Assembly (NCBI GenBank): GCA_951406725.2
Contig: OX597815.1
Coordinates: 116,126,001-116,190,000, forward strand
Length of the DNA: 64,000 nucleotides
Source: Octopus vulgaris
Lineage: Eukaryota
Direction: 5' to 3'
A program made the translations under genes and the position numbers. Shown in pieces: positions 39,790 to 52,679 of this stretch; position 1 is the first letter of the stretch; each line of letters begins with the position of its first letter. The notes beneath the pieces were generated by a model. The model was given only the letters and a program-made list of their open reading frames with translations, was not told the DNA's origin and ran no database searches.

Positions 39790-40657
39790 CATGCATCTAT
39801 ACTTTTATCAATAATTAATGAGAATATAATTTTATTTAATTTCGCTATAAGAGTTTCCAAGTATTCCTTACTAAATACATTACAAAAGCCAGCTATTCTT
39901 TTTGTTCTTGTGCATTTAATTCTCTTAGCAACCTTAGAATCTGAACATGAATCAGAAACCCTAGAAGATCATATAATATTGAAAAGAGAAGATTGTGTTT
40001 CGTTACAGACGCATACATTCAATTCAGTAGAAATCACGCGAGACACTCTATGAAGAAAGAGAAAGTTGCAAGAAATCAATTACATTAGACATCCGGGTGC
40101 TTGCTTTAATATTTTTAAGTGTTTTTCAAATACGGTACCATTCTCACAGAAATCGCGATTGCAAATTTTACAAAATTCCTTTTCTTAACATTTTTTTGGG
40201 GGTTTTTTCTTCGAAATTTCATTGAAGCGACTAAACTTAAGGTCATGAAGCCATTTTTGTGACAATCAGCATTTCTCTTCGTAAAAAAGTCTATGCAAGC
40301 TTATTTTCCCTCAAAACCTTATCCTTATCGTAATTTTTCCTCGGTTATAAACGACTTGTGAGTTACAATATATGTAAATTAAAAAAAACTTAACAAAGCA
40401 CAAATTTAAAACAAATATCGATACTTACAAGACACGGAGTTATAAAATGGCTCATCAGAGTCTGAAATTATCCTGCGCCTGCGCAATGAATCGTTATAAT
40501 GCATTTTTCAAACAAGAGAACGTAAAAACTCGTAAGACAAAATTTCACGGAAAGGAGGCAATAAATTTGAAAATCTTTTATTGGACATGCGGCAGATAAA
40601 TTAGCAAATATAACCTATTTTCGTAAAATGTTTATAAAAATTCGCCAAAATTTCGTC

Positions 40658-40697
<40 letters not shown>

Positions 40698-40703
<6 letters not shown>

Positions 40704-41100
40704 AGGTCACAAATGACTCGTCCTTGATTTTTCCTGTCCATTTTTGTATCTGTTCGGATGTTTTATTGTTATCTGTCGCGTTCTTGTTTCATTTTTTTGA
40801 TTTATATATACATATAGCGGCATACGTACACTTTTGCTCACCTTGTTGAATACTCGAAATGAGGAGTAGATAGACAGCTGACAACTGATGAAGGATTCGT
40901 TCTCTGTGTCTACTTGTCCTGTTTTTCATTTTTACTTGTTGTTTACATATTTAATTCGTTTGTTTACGCATTTCATGTTATTTGCACCGTTGTTAACGTC
41001 TTTTACCATATATGCTAAATCCATTTGTGCTAAATCCCTTTCTTTATTTTCGGAAATTATGTTCGCCTTTCCATCGCATATGTGTTTTAACGCATTTGAC
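40698..41100 (+). mobile_element. (TA)n-adjacent T-rich non-coding element
   Basis: Composition and CTGATGAAGG motif similar to the 30.1 kb and 53.5 kb elements; right boundary uncertain. Confidence 0.4.
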
Positions 41101-41869
41101 TGAGCCTCTGCAGATTCTGAGCCCACCCAGAGGTGCAGCTGCACTGGGTAATTAATCATCGCAAATTTGGCGGCTTTGTTGAAGATGAAGGGGGAGCATG
41201 TTAGAAAATCGATAAATACCACCATGAAAGCAAACCTTCACCAACAAAATGAAATGAATAATCAGGACTGACATTGAGTTTTCAAATTTCCTAGTGAGCA
41301 GAAAAATGTGACTGAAAATTAATTAGCATTTCAATTTTCACTCGTATCTCAAAACACAAAAGCATGAAATTTCGCTTAAATCTTTGTATCTTAGGTCATT
41401 CGTACCTCAAGTTAGGGCTAAAAGAAAAGGTTGCAGTCAATTTAAATGCGGAAATCTGCAAGGATTAGTTTTATTGAGCTTCCACTGATTGGTTGGCAAT
41501 TTTGGTAAACTCGAATCAAATTAAGATTTCTTGCACCAAAAGGATCACCCAGATAACCCTATGCTCCTGCTGTGTAGGTAACAAATGATTCGATCTTAGG
41601 CTGAATGCAAACAAATAAACGTTTTTTATGAAAATCCCTTGGGGGTGTCAACTTACCCATTTTTCATTTTTAATCCTACTTGAATAAAACATCCTGAGCT
41701 TTCGCTGGATAACTTAAATCAACCGAAAGCATAAAAGTAAAGCCCTTCCTAAATAGATTCATTGAATAGGCTCCAACTCTTTTATGGCATACTTAAGGAA
41801 TGATAGCATATCAAGCATATTTGGTCTTTCATGAAAATCCCGCTCTCTTGTCATTCACTTGGTCTAACT

Positions 41870-42212
41870 CGTTAATTATTCCCTGCATTTCTCAAATCAA
41901 AAAAGCGTGCACGGTTGAAAGCCAAAACACATGATAACGTGTCTTCGCAAAATACAAAAATGTGCTGAGTCATACAGACTATCTGCAATTGCGCACGCGC
42001 ATTCCACTGTTGAGCATAAAGGGTCGGTTTATCGATTTTTTTAATGGCTTTCTGGGGTGACTGGGGAAATGAAAAGATCTTCACGACCACCCTCAGACAG
42101 TTTTGAAAGCCCAAAGAAAATGTGAGCCGTTTACGTGTAAAACTGGATTTGTATAAAGGACACACAGACACACAGATACACAGACATTTTGCCGTTTATA
42201 GATATAGAGATT
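41870..42212 (-). mobile_element. Possible Helitron/Helentron-associated element end
   Basis: Minus strand begins TCTCTATATCTATAAACGGC followed by a (TGTGTC)-like subterminal repeat. Confidence 0.3.
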
Positions 42213-42289
42213 ATATATATATATACACATATGTATATATATACATATATATATATACATATGTATATATATATACATATATATGTGTG

Positions 42290-42476
42290 TTTGTCCCCCT
42301 CACACCAACACCATCGCTTGATGGTGTGTTTACGTTCCCGTAACTTAGCGGTTCGGCAAAAGAGACCGATAGAACAAGTACTAGGCTTACAATGAATAAG
42401 TTCTAGTGTCAATTTCTTCGACTAAAGGCGGTACTCCAGCATGGCCACAGTCAAATGACTGAAACAAGTAAAAGAG
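42290..42476 (+). mobile_element. SINE family B, 3' half
   Basis: CGTAACTTAGCGGTTCGGCAAAAGAGACCGATAGAA..TGACTGAAACAAGTAAAAGA. Confidence 0.75.
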
Positions 42477-43030
42477 GTAAATTCAACATCTCAACTGAAA
42501 TCATGAGATAGCAGGACAAAATGACGTATAACGAGAGAGCAAAGGTAAAATATAATGGATTTCATCAACTGGATGCAATCGTCGTAGCATCTTCTTAAGA
42601 AATTGTTCTCAATGTATTCCTTAAATCATAGAGTGATTCAAGACTGTGTGAATTTCCAATTAAGTTAGCGTCAACGTTAGCAAATAATTTAATTTCAACT
42701 TGTCATTTCTGATAGAGGAAAGTCAAAAGACTTCTTTCCGTATATAGAAACTGAGTGATTGTTTAAATTAGTTGTATCAAATGACTGCTTTGCACGTTCA
42801 CGTATGAAGGTAATTTACTATTTTCTTACGTAAGCAACTAACATCTTGCAACTAACATTTAAAATTTAAATACAGCCGTTGAGAAGATTAAATCATATTG
42901 AACCTCTCCCTTTCAGAGTTGTATGCCTTATAAAGAATTTAATCTCTTCCACGAAGCGGATGGCGGTCACCACCACCTTTACTACAGCCTCATTCATGAC
43001 TATCGCTACAAGTATCATCATCATTATCAA

Positions 43031-43122
43031 CGCTGTTGATGTTAACAGCATTCTTCTTCTTCTTCTTCTTCTTCTTCTTCTTCTTCTTCTTCTTCTTCTT
43101 CTTCTTCTTCTTCTTCTTCTTC
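43031..43122. repeat. (CTT)n microsatellite
   Basis: Pure run; source of the poly-L, poly-R and poly-K ORFs. Confidence 0.95.
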
Positions 43123-43814
43123 TTTCGAAAAATAGCCCTTTGTTGGAAAGAGAAAGGGAAAAGTCCAAAGAAGGAAAAGAAATCGTCAACAGCACGTGTG
43201 TAGTAACATTGCTGAAGTGACTGGAAGTAGAAAGAGGTAGAGAAAGTAGATTTTAGGGGACAGGAGAGTGCGAAGATGGCCAGTGTGTGTGTGCGTGGTA
43301 ATATGTGTGCGCGCATATGTGTTTCTGTTAATGTGGTGTGCGTTTGAGGATGTGAGTTAACGAGCAGGTTCGTGGCTGTTGTTTGATTCCGCCGAAAGAG
43401 GTGAAAAGTGTGTTAGTGGGCGGGCGTAGCCGTTTGTGTGTGTCTATGTGTTTGCACGTATGCATATGACAGATGGAGACTGTATGTATGTGTGTGTGTG
43501 TGAGTGTGTGTGTGTGTCTATATGTTGATATGAGTGTGTGTGTGAGGTTGTGTGTGTGGAGATATATATATACCTGCGTGTGTATGTGCGTGAGAGAGAG
43601 ACGCATACAAACACATGAATAAAGCATTTTTGGTAGAGTACAGAATAGTATATTGATAATAATGATAATGGTAGTCAGAAGAAATGAAGGAATTGTTCTT
43701 TAGCATGTTTATATACAGGCACTGGAAGTCCCCAAATTTGTCTAGAAAAGGCACACGCACAAACATACATTCGCGTGCGCACATATATGTATGGTGGCGA
43801 TTTCGAAATATCTA

Positions 43815-44362
43815 ATTAGCAACGGAAGCAGCGTTAATACCAAAATGTAATCTTTATAGCCAGCTAAATATAGGTGTGTTGTTAGAACACCGAATATTGC
43901 TTTTTTAGCCTTGAGAGATTCTCTTATATAGGCTCTTGGTGCATAAAAGCACATACACAGATCGTAGCAGATGAAAAGCGTCTGTCATGGTCGCTGGAAC
44001 TCCCATATCACGTGATCTCATTCTACTGGAATTCATCAGTTGGAGGCGTCCAGTCACCGCATACCGGTAAAATCTCGTTGCATGATATACAGAATATCAG
44101 CGTCTTTTCAGACGCTGATGACGCAGATAGCCAGCAGGCTTATTAAAAGTTAATTATTAGCGACGGAAGCAGTATTAATACAAAAAGGTAATCTTTATAT
44201 CCAACTTAACATGGATGTGTTGTTAGAACACCGAATACTGCATTATTAGCCTTGAGAGATCTTCTCATATAGGCGCTTGGCGCATAAAAGCACACACATA
44301 GATCGTAGCAGACAGGAATCGTCTGTGATGGGCACCGGAACTCCCATATCATGTGATTTCAT
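43815..44362. repeat. Diverged partial tandem duplication (period about 341 bp)
   Basis: 43815-44021 resembles 44156-44362. Confidence 0.8.
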
Positions 44363-44377
44363 GCACACATACATACA

Positions 44378-44408
<31 letters not shown>

Positions 44409-44469
44409 GCATGAGAATACATACATAAAGCAAAACACACAAATCTGCATACATACATACATACATACA

Positions 44470-44501
<32 letters not shown>

Positions 44502-45508
44502 GGCTTTAAATTTTGATGAAGAATAAGAAAGATAAATGCAGTGTATTCAATGTAAGGTAATAGCGTAGAATATTGACATAAGAGAAATGGGAGAAGATTG
44601 GGATATTTATTGTGTGTTCGTACTTGTGTACGTATGTATATACGAGTGCATGTGTGTATGTGCGTGTGTATGTGTGTGCGTGTGTGTATGTGTGTGTGTG
44701 TTTGAGCGAGTTTGTGTGCGTGTACGTATGAGTATTGAGTGATTTTTATACACAAGTAATAGCATGGATTATTTTAACGACTCAAAAAATGTATGTAAAC
44801 AATCTCTATATTTCTAAGATTAATGACTGTTGATTCGTCACAGACATAAAGAAGAACCAAGAAAAAGTAGCATTGTAAATTTTATGTTGAGTTATTTTTA
44901 GATAATGTCTATAAGCAATTTCAGCATTTTACAATGAAATAATTTTAGTGGTTCGTAAATAATTGCATAAAAAGATATAAAGCATTATGTTTTGCTGTTT
45001 TTAACGGTAGATTGTCCGTTGTTGTTTTTTAAAGAGGCATTCAATATTTGATTAAAATTAAACACACAGTGTAGCACATAAAGGTAATAGAAATATATAT
45101 GTCACTTTTAAAAGTTGTTTATTCAATTTTATATAATGTGAAGAACCCCGAGGTAATATAAGTTAGAATAGAGCTAATTATGATAGAGGTCATGTTTTTT
45201 GGAAAGACAATTTTTTTTCGCTTATTTGTAAGAAAAGTATTATTGAACAAAACAATTAAAAAAGTAAAAAACATACCTTAATAGAAAGTTTTTGTTTGAT
45301 ATCTTAAAGGACTATGTTATCATAAACACATGCATTCTGAAAATATATTTAAAAATACATCTATGTAAACCGAAGAATATACAATACGAGTAAATCTCAC
45401 GGTACCTTAAAATGTTTTCTATGATAAAATATATACAGTTATGTATTTGTTTTGCAGGATTCTTATATTATATCGTGTAAAATCAAATCAGAAACGTAGA
45501 ATAATATA

Positions 45509-46210
45509 TTGGGTCATCCCATAAATAAATACTTCTTTTATTTTTCAAAATTAAGATAATCAAAGTTTTTAAAATCTAAAATATACTTTCCTTCATTTTC
45601 TACAACGTTCTTCGATCTGTCTGGTAGACTTGCAAGGCTCATCTTCCAAAATTCACTTGACCGTGACGAAAAAAACTCCTCCAGTACTGTTCTGACCTCG
45701 TCTATAAAATTCCCATTGACCCAATTTGCTGATTTTTCCGATGGCACGCAGGTGTCGATGAATAGTTGAATAACCAAATCCAAGCTTCTCTGCTAGTTCC
45801 TCAACAGTTACGATAGGATTTTTTCCACCAGGGTTTGCAGGACGTCCTCGTCGAGCTCTATAGATCTTCCAGGACAAGGCTCATCTTCTAGTTTCCAGCT
45901 AGAAATTTCTGGAACCACCGTTGACACTGGCTTACGCTTATTGTCCGATCACCATGTACTGCATTAATATTCCTCGCACTTTCCGTTGTGGTGTTGCCTT
46001 TATTGAACTCATAAAGTAAAATATGCCGAATACAGACCTTTGTCGCTTCCATTATAGCTTTGAAAAAATAACTGTTAAAATCGAACTGCACTTTTCAAAA
46101 CTTGCACTAAGAATAAATACAAGGTAAAATTACTACCTGATTTTTTCCCGTCCTCCCCCGACTTTAATTCATGCGATTGAAAACACCGCATTATTTATGG
46201 GATGACACAA
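45509..46210 (-). mobile_element. Internally deleted mariner element with both TIRs
   Basis: TIRs TTGGGTCATCCCATAAATAA / TTATTTATGGGATGACACAA, TA TSD; MEATKVCIRHILLYEFNKG..QRWFQKF and ..LPDRSKNVVENEGKYI. Confidence 0.9.
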
Positions 46211-46837
46211 TACTAGCTATACTGCTTAACAGATAAAATTCACAGGTTTAGTTATTAATATTTTATGATATGTAGCAATAACGTATCAAGTAGGCGAAGT
46301 AAATATCGTACATAGTTTATATGGATTTTATAATTAGTCTAAATCACTTGTAAAAAAAAAGAAATTCAACGTTATACGAAATGGATAGATGGTTTCTAAT
46401 TAATGAGATCTGAATGAATTGCCTTTGCAACTAAGAACAATTTTTAGTGCGTAGAGTTGAAGTATAGATAAATTTAAAAAGCGATAATTTATGACTGCGG
46501 GTGATAAAATTGAAACGAAAATCGAATAATGTACTAATAGTACAACGGGGAGAATGCCCTTATGCGAAAAACTTCACCCAGTCGCATAGGTAAAACCTTG
46601 AACAATGCTGCATAGGAATGTCTTCCTCGAATGAGTATATACCGCAAATGAATCAACTAAATGCACATAAATGCTACATCAAAGGACATTAGGACACTTA
46701 TCCAGCAGAAACACGTGTCGGATTGGAATTTAATGAGAACAATACTGTAATAAACAAATTTTGAAGATATATAATTCTCCCTACCTCTTTATTATGTCTT
46801 GTACACACACACACGTGTGTGTGTGTGTGTGTGTGTG

Positions 46838-47090
46838 AACGCATGGCCTAGTGGTCAGGGTGTGGTACTCACGACTGCGAGATCGTGGTTTCAATTCCTA
46901 GACCGAGTGGTACTCTGTGCTCTTGAGTAAAACACTTCATCTCAAGTTGCTCTGCAATTACTCCGATATCTAACGCATAGTACACTGTACACCTGTTCGG
47001 ATAACGTCGATTTGATGGAGAGAATGAGCTACGAACATTTGATCACTATAATCAAATAATTTGTGCAGGCCGTCGGTAAGTTGAACGCTT
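46838..47090 (+). mobile_element. tRNA-derived SINE (V/CORE-like)
   Basis: ATGGCCTAGTGGTCAGGG (A-box), GGTTTCAATTCC (B-box), CTTGAGTAAAACACTT body. Confidence 0.65.
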
Positions 47091-48378
47091 CATAGAAGGA
47101 AGTGGGTGATTTTCTGAATTTTATTTATTTATTTTCTTTTATAGAGTTTCCAAAATAAACAGATAATGACATGGCTAATCTATTTTGTTTTCATTGATTT
47201 GTTAAATTAGCAATGATTTATTAAGATTTTGGTCTGGTATGACTCATCAATGACACTGATAATTGTTACCTTGCATTTAAAATAAAAAAAGATCAATACA
47301 TTTGTATTAGCTCTGTTCGAAATTATAAAGTTATTTGTCATCATGCATAATTATAGAGCTCAGAAAACTTCACTGTAAAAATTAACTGATTTCTTTAACT
47401 GCTATAAATAGCATTATTTTGAAGAAAAAGAAAATAAGGCATTATTGAAGTATATTGCTCGTTATCAAATTTTATTTCACTCTTCCGCCTTCAATCTGTT
47501 TAGTCTTTTATTACTATACTTGGTTACAAATAGCAATATTATTTTGGACAGAGTTAATATAAATATATTTATCGAACTGGGACCGTGAGAACAATGGAGC
47601 TGCTTTTATCAGCAGGGACGAAATAGGTGTCGAATATCCAGAGGATCACTCAGACTTTTTCAGTTTTCTTTTCTTATTTTTTTTTTTTTGCGCTCTCGTG
47701 TCCGAAAATGTCACTTTCCTTCTGACTGAGGTGCTTTCTCCATGTTAACGGCGCTGATATCCGATAAAGACTATTCTCGCTGGAAGAAAGAAAGCAAGGA
47801 AGAGATGGAGAGAGCGTATTGTTGTTGTTGTTGCAATTATTGTTGAAGTTGTTGTTACATCTTGCGTTTTTTACGTTTTTCTTCAATTTTTCTTTTGAAT
47901 TCAATTTGTGTGTGTGTGTGTGAGAGAGAGAGAGAGGGGGGCAGGGGAGGGAGAGAAAGAAAGAGAAAGAAAGAGAAAAGAGAGAGAGGGGAGAGTACGT
48001 GTTCGACAGCAGACTGAGGAGAGAAATCACGACGAAGAGAGTCGAAACATACACCTACGGCTCATCGGGTAATCGTTCTCAGGATTACACAAAGTGTTTC
48101 TGAACAAATTTGTTGAAATAACAATTATACTGTAAACATTTATACTGAATATGATAATCTAGTGTCCTTGCATGTTCCATGAGAATAGGAAACAAGTCAG
48201 CAAATACTTAATGACCACTAGAGATTCTATACCAATTAGCGTCTAACGTAATCCAATATCACACTGAAATTCTTTATGACTGAGAGAGACTCCAGCATAT
48301 AATTCGTAATTGATTATATCACATATATATCACATATATTATACATTTTCTCTCACTTTCTCTCTCTCTCTCTCTCTC

Positions 48379-48436
<58 letters not shown>

Positions 48437-48628
48437 CATTATATAAAAGGGCTTAGTAAAATAAATTACTTTGCCACATACTGAACTCATTAGAAATAGC
48501 AGCTAAAAAAATTTTTTTAAAACTATTTCTAATACTTAAAAAAATCTCTCTCAGATAGTGTTTGCTCAAACCAACTCACGAAGGTATGGGGGTAAAGACA
48601 TTAAAAAATCACAAATGCAAAGGTTATT

Positions 48629-48680
48629 TGAGAACGTACGTTTCTAGATTAGTCAAATCGACATTTCTTTCGTCAGCTCA
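48629..48680 (-). ncRNA. Minimal type I hammerhead ribozyme (left arm)
   Basis: Reverse complement of 48890-48941. Confidence 0.6.
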
Positions 48681-48889
48681 GAACTCCTTGATTCGGATTT
48701 GGGAACACTGAAAGTGGGAGCATACCCTTTTGGCTTCTTATCACCTCCTGAGATCCGCTGAAACTAACAGTGCTGACAAATTCAAAATATGCAAGCGAAG
48801 AATTTCTGCTCTCCCCTTTCCACCAGCGTGGGTTAAAATTGGCAAACACTATGTACTTTCAGTGTTCCCAAATCCGAATCAAGGAGTTC

Positions 48890-48941
48890 TGAGCTGACGA
48901 AAGAAATGTCGATTTGACTAATCTAGAAACGTACGTTCTCA
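48890..48941 (+). ncRNA. Minimal type I hammerhead ribozyme (right arm)
   Basis: UGAG-CUGACGA-(imperfect stem II with AGA/UCU and GUC/GAC)-GAA-ACGUACGU-U|CUCA; palindromic stem III, GUU site. Confidence 0.6.
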
Positions 48942-49518
48942 AATAACCTTTGCATTTGTGATTTTTTAATGTCTTTACCCCCATACCTTCGTGAGTTGGT
49001 TTGAGCAAACACTATCTGAGAGAGATTTTCTTTAAGTATTAGAAATAGTTTAAAACAAATTTTTTTAGCTGCTATTTCTAATGAGTTCAGTATGTGGCAA
49101 AGTAATTTATTTTACTAAGCCCTTTTATATAATGTAATATTTTGAATTCGCCTTAAATGGTCCCTTTACATACTGAATACTTGGTGAAATTGATTAATAA
49201 TTAATTAATTTTACCCTCAATTGTTGAAATATATATATATATATATATTATACATATATAATCAACTAATAAGGGGGAGAAAATTGGATACTAATTTAAT
49301 AGCACCATCAATTTAACACCAAGTGGCTTAGTACATAAAAACCAGGAATACAATAAATTTTATACGTAAATATAAGAGAGTGACCACTATGTGGTCGACT
49401 CTAGCACTAAAAATAGATCCGCTTCGGTTTCAGCCACAAAGAATTGTTTCCGATGAAAGTTAGCACAACTATTAGCGTAAACGAACAAGGCAAATAAAAA
49501 ATAACAAAAGTGCAGATT

Positions 49519-49595
49519 AATTCAGGACAATTGTTTCGCTATTAATAAATTATGTAATTTTACTCACAACATATCTGTAGCTCCTCAGCTGAATT
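49519..49595 (-). ncRNA. Canonical-core type I hammerhead ribozyme
   Basis: AAUUCAG-CUGAGGA-GCUA..UAGC-GAA-ACAAUUGU-C|CUGAAUU: 7-bp stem I, G-C base of stem II, palindromic stem III, GUC site. Confidence 0.8.
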
Positions 49596-49832
49596 TGTCT
49601 AGAATACAATTTACTCAACCGCATGCCAGATTTTACCATAACGATAAACACACATGCGGTTCAGTCGATTGCATTCGCCGTTATAATTCAAGTGCCCCCG
49701 CCAAAGCCCGCCAAAATTCACGGAAACAGATACTACATCAAAAATTAAATGCAGTATAATTACAATATGTATGTATGTATGTATGTATGTATATTTAAAA
49801 ATGTAGAGGTAACACACGAGTAAGTAGATATT

Positions 49833-50091
49833 TATGAAAAAGAAGAACGAAAATGCTACTTTTTAAAAATTAGGTACATTTAATGCAAGAAAAAGAAAAG
49901 TACACTATTGACGTTTATTTTATTAATAATTTTATTAATAATTTTTTTCCTCTACATATTTCATTTAAGTACATATTTTTGATAAGGTTTATAAACAACT
50001 GAAACATGTAAAACAAAAGCATTTTTAATGTATTTATATAAAGAAATTTAAACGTACCTAATTTTAAAGATGTAGCATTCTAGTTCTTCTT

Positions 50092-50098
<7 letters not shown>
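49833..50098. mobile_element. AT-rich MITE-like element with imperfect TIRs of about 50 bp
   Basis: TATGAAAAAGAAGAAC..ATGCTAC..TTAGGTAC versus GTACCTAA..GTAGCAT..GTTCTTCTTTTTCATA. Confidence 0.65.
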
Positions 50099-50133
<35 letters not shown>

Positions 50134-50897
50134 TTCGAGACAAAACCACTATTTTGCAAAACAAACAAGGAAAGACTTAATCAATACATAAAAATTTTTA
50201 ATATAAAGAAATAAACCGCCACTACAATCGTCAGGTGGATTTTCGATCTAAAATATCAATATATTAAAATATAAGTTTAAAATAATAAAATTATCAATGA
50301 AAAATATAAATATATATAATCTATATATAATCTATATATAATCTATATATAATCAATATATAATCTAAAATAAACCCTATAAACAGTTGAATATAAAGAA
50401 ACCTATTATTAAAGTTCTCATATTTAAAGATGTACAAAAAACAAAAAACAAAAAACACGAAAACAAAAAAGCACAAAAACAAAAACAAAATAACAAAAAA
50501 CAAAAACAAAAACAAAAACAAAATAAAATAAACTATATATACACACATGCTCATACACATATAACTAAATATATATAACCATATCTAAATACATACACTA
50601 ACTCACACACCAATATATATATCTCTATACATACACATAAAAACGTCTATGCAACGATAAATGAATAAATTAATAAAATAGCCAAATACTTCAACACATT
50701 ACTTATTCATACTCCCTCACACACACATACAACCCACAGTCATAAACAATATACATATACCCGCTCACACATACATATACATACATACAGAACTCGATAT
50801 ATACACCAATATATTCACACCCACACCCATACAGATAAATAAATTACGCAGTGAGAGAGAGAGAGAGTGAGAGAGAGAGAGAGTGAGAGAGAGAGAG

Positions 50898-50980
<83 letters not shown>

Positions 50981-51059
50981 CACACACATTTACATAAATA
51001 TAAATATACATGTACGCACGTATATGCATACATACACATGCACACACATATGTGTATAT

Positions 51060-51340
51060 GTATGGTTAAGAAGCTCGCTCTGCAACTACGTTGTTTCGAG
51101 TTCAGTACCATTGTGCGATCTCTTCGGTAAGTGTCTTCTACTCTAGCCGAAACGATAGACGGAAACTGTGTGGAAGCCCGTCATGTGTGTGTGCGTGTAT
51201 GTGATCATGTTTCTGTCTGCCACTCCCACACAGCGCGTTTGGCCACCGGTGCTTGTTTGTTCATATCCTCGTAATATTAGCAGTTAGGCAAAAGAGATCA
51301 ATAGAATAAGTACCATACTTTAAAAAAATGTACAGTAGTC
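51060..51340 (+). mobile_element. SINE family B interrupted by a MITE
   Basis: Head and body match other copies; the sequence resumes GTCGATTTGTTCGA after 51640. Confidence 0.7.
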
Positions 51341-51633
51341 CAGTGCTTTTCAAACTATCTGATGTGGTGTACCGGCAGTTTTTTTTCTCAATGTGCCAGG
51401 GACCAGTAATATTTCTTAGTAATATGAATTTATACCAGAAACAATATATATAATGAATATAATAAAAGTTGACAATTATTTTTATTTTATATTTATTTTG
51501 TAAACAAATAATACAAAATTACATAAGCGTTTTATGAACATTTTATAAGCATTTTATAATGTTTCTTTCTTTTCTGGAAACTCGCCTGCACCAGCAGCTG
51601 ATGGCTCGCAGACCACCACTTTGAGTTGCACTA
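51341..51633. mobile_element. hAT (Charlie-like) MITE
   Basis: Ends CAGTGCTTTTCAAA / TTTGAGTTGCACTA; 8-bp TSD CAGTAGTC / CTGTAGTC (one mismatch). Confidence 0.7.
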
Positions 51634-52033
51634 CTGTAGTCGATTTGTTCGAATAAACTCTTTAGGGGTTTATTTATATTATAATATAACATAAATATAC
51701 TATGAATATAATATAATATATTATAACATAAAAATGATAATGATAATAATAAATGAATAGTTTTATTTGACTTACTAGCTAAACTTAATTACCACAATAA
51801 TATTTCTTATAGTATTGTACAGTTTATAGCTTGTATTCTTATTGCAACAATCTAATTGTGTTACTTCTGAAAGAATTAATAGAATTTGGATATATACCAT
51901 TTATAGTCCTTTATCTTAAAAAAATAATATTGATCGGTACTCGATCCTTATGTTTTTGTTTACCTTACTTTATTTTATGTACTGTAAGGTAACGGTTTCG
52001 CATTGCAGCGAAACTAGAGGTGGTTTTAAGGTT

Positions 52034-52160
52034 AATCGTAAAGTGCATTTGTAAAGTTAATTGTAAAGTTTAATCATAAAGTGTGTTTGTAAAGTTTTTA
52101 TTGTAAAGTATAATTGTAAAGTTTAATCGGAAAGTCAATTGTAAAGTGTAATTGTAAAGG
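52034..52160. repeat. Degenerate 13-14 bp minisatellite (TTGTAAAGTTTAA-like, about 10 units)
   Basis: Recurrent GTAAAG(T) core. Confidence 0.75.
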
Positions 52161-52328
52161 TATTCACGGTTCGTCTCGCAGCGGGGGCGAGATGGCCGTC
52201 TCATTTGCATCATAATTATATTCTTTTCATTATCATTTTCTATTCGTTTTTATGTCCCTGCATATTTTTGTATGTCCTCTCTGTATGCAGGCCTTGTGCC
52301 TATAATAAAGAGAAAAAGCCATGCTACT

Positions 52329-52368
52329 CTAGACTGATGACGAGCAAGACTCAGAAACTAGTCTCTGG
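52329..52368 (+). ncRNA. Minimal type I hammerhead ribozyme
   Basis: CUAGA-CUGAUGA-C-GAG(CAAGA)CUC-A-GAA-ACUAGU-C|UCUGG; palindromic stem III, GUC site. Confidence 0.7.
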
Positions 52369-52643
52369 CTGCAGGCTTAGCTGGGTGGGGGTGCTTGTCT
52401 CCCCCTTGTAAACATAAGGACACAGGAAATGTGTCAAGGCCGACAGGAAGCGTTGATGCTTCCTAGGGCTAAATAGCAGTGGTGTGATTCCATTCATGGG
52501 ACTGTCACATTAAATTGACAGTATACAACTACTGCATTTATTTTCTTCCTCTAAAACTAATTAACTTACGAATCGCAACTGCACTAACGAAAGATGCATT
52601 CCAGAAGTAATTGAAAATTTAAATGTGTGTGATGTTTGTATGT

Positions 52644-52679
<36 letters not shown>

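Larger units (their letters stand above)
48436..49230. mobile_element. (TA)n-embedded element with inverted arms of about 280 bp, each carrying a hammerhead
   Basis: 48436-48715 versus 48855-49135, near identical. Confidence 0.9.

Noticed and set aside
48010-48060. CTGAGGA..GAAA hammerhead-like string
   Set aside because: Stems I and III do not form, and stem II is not adjacent to the core.
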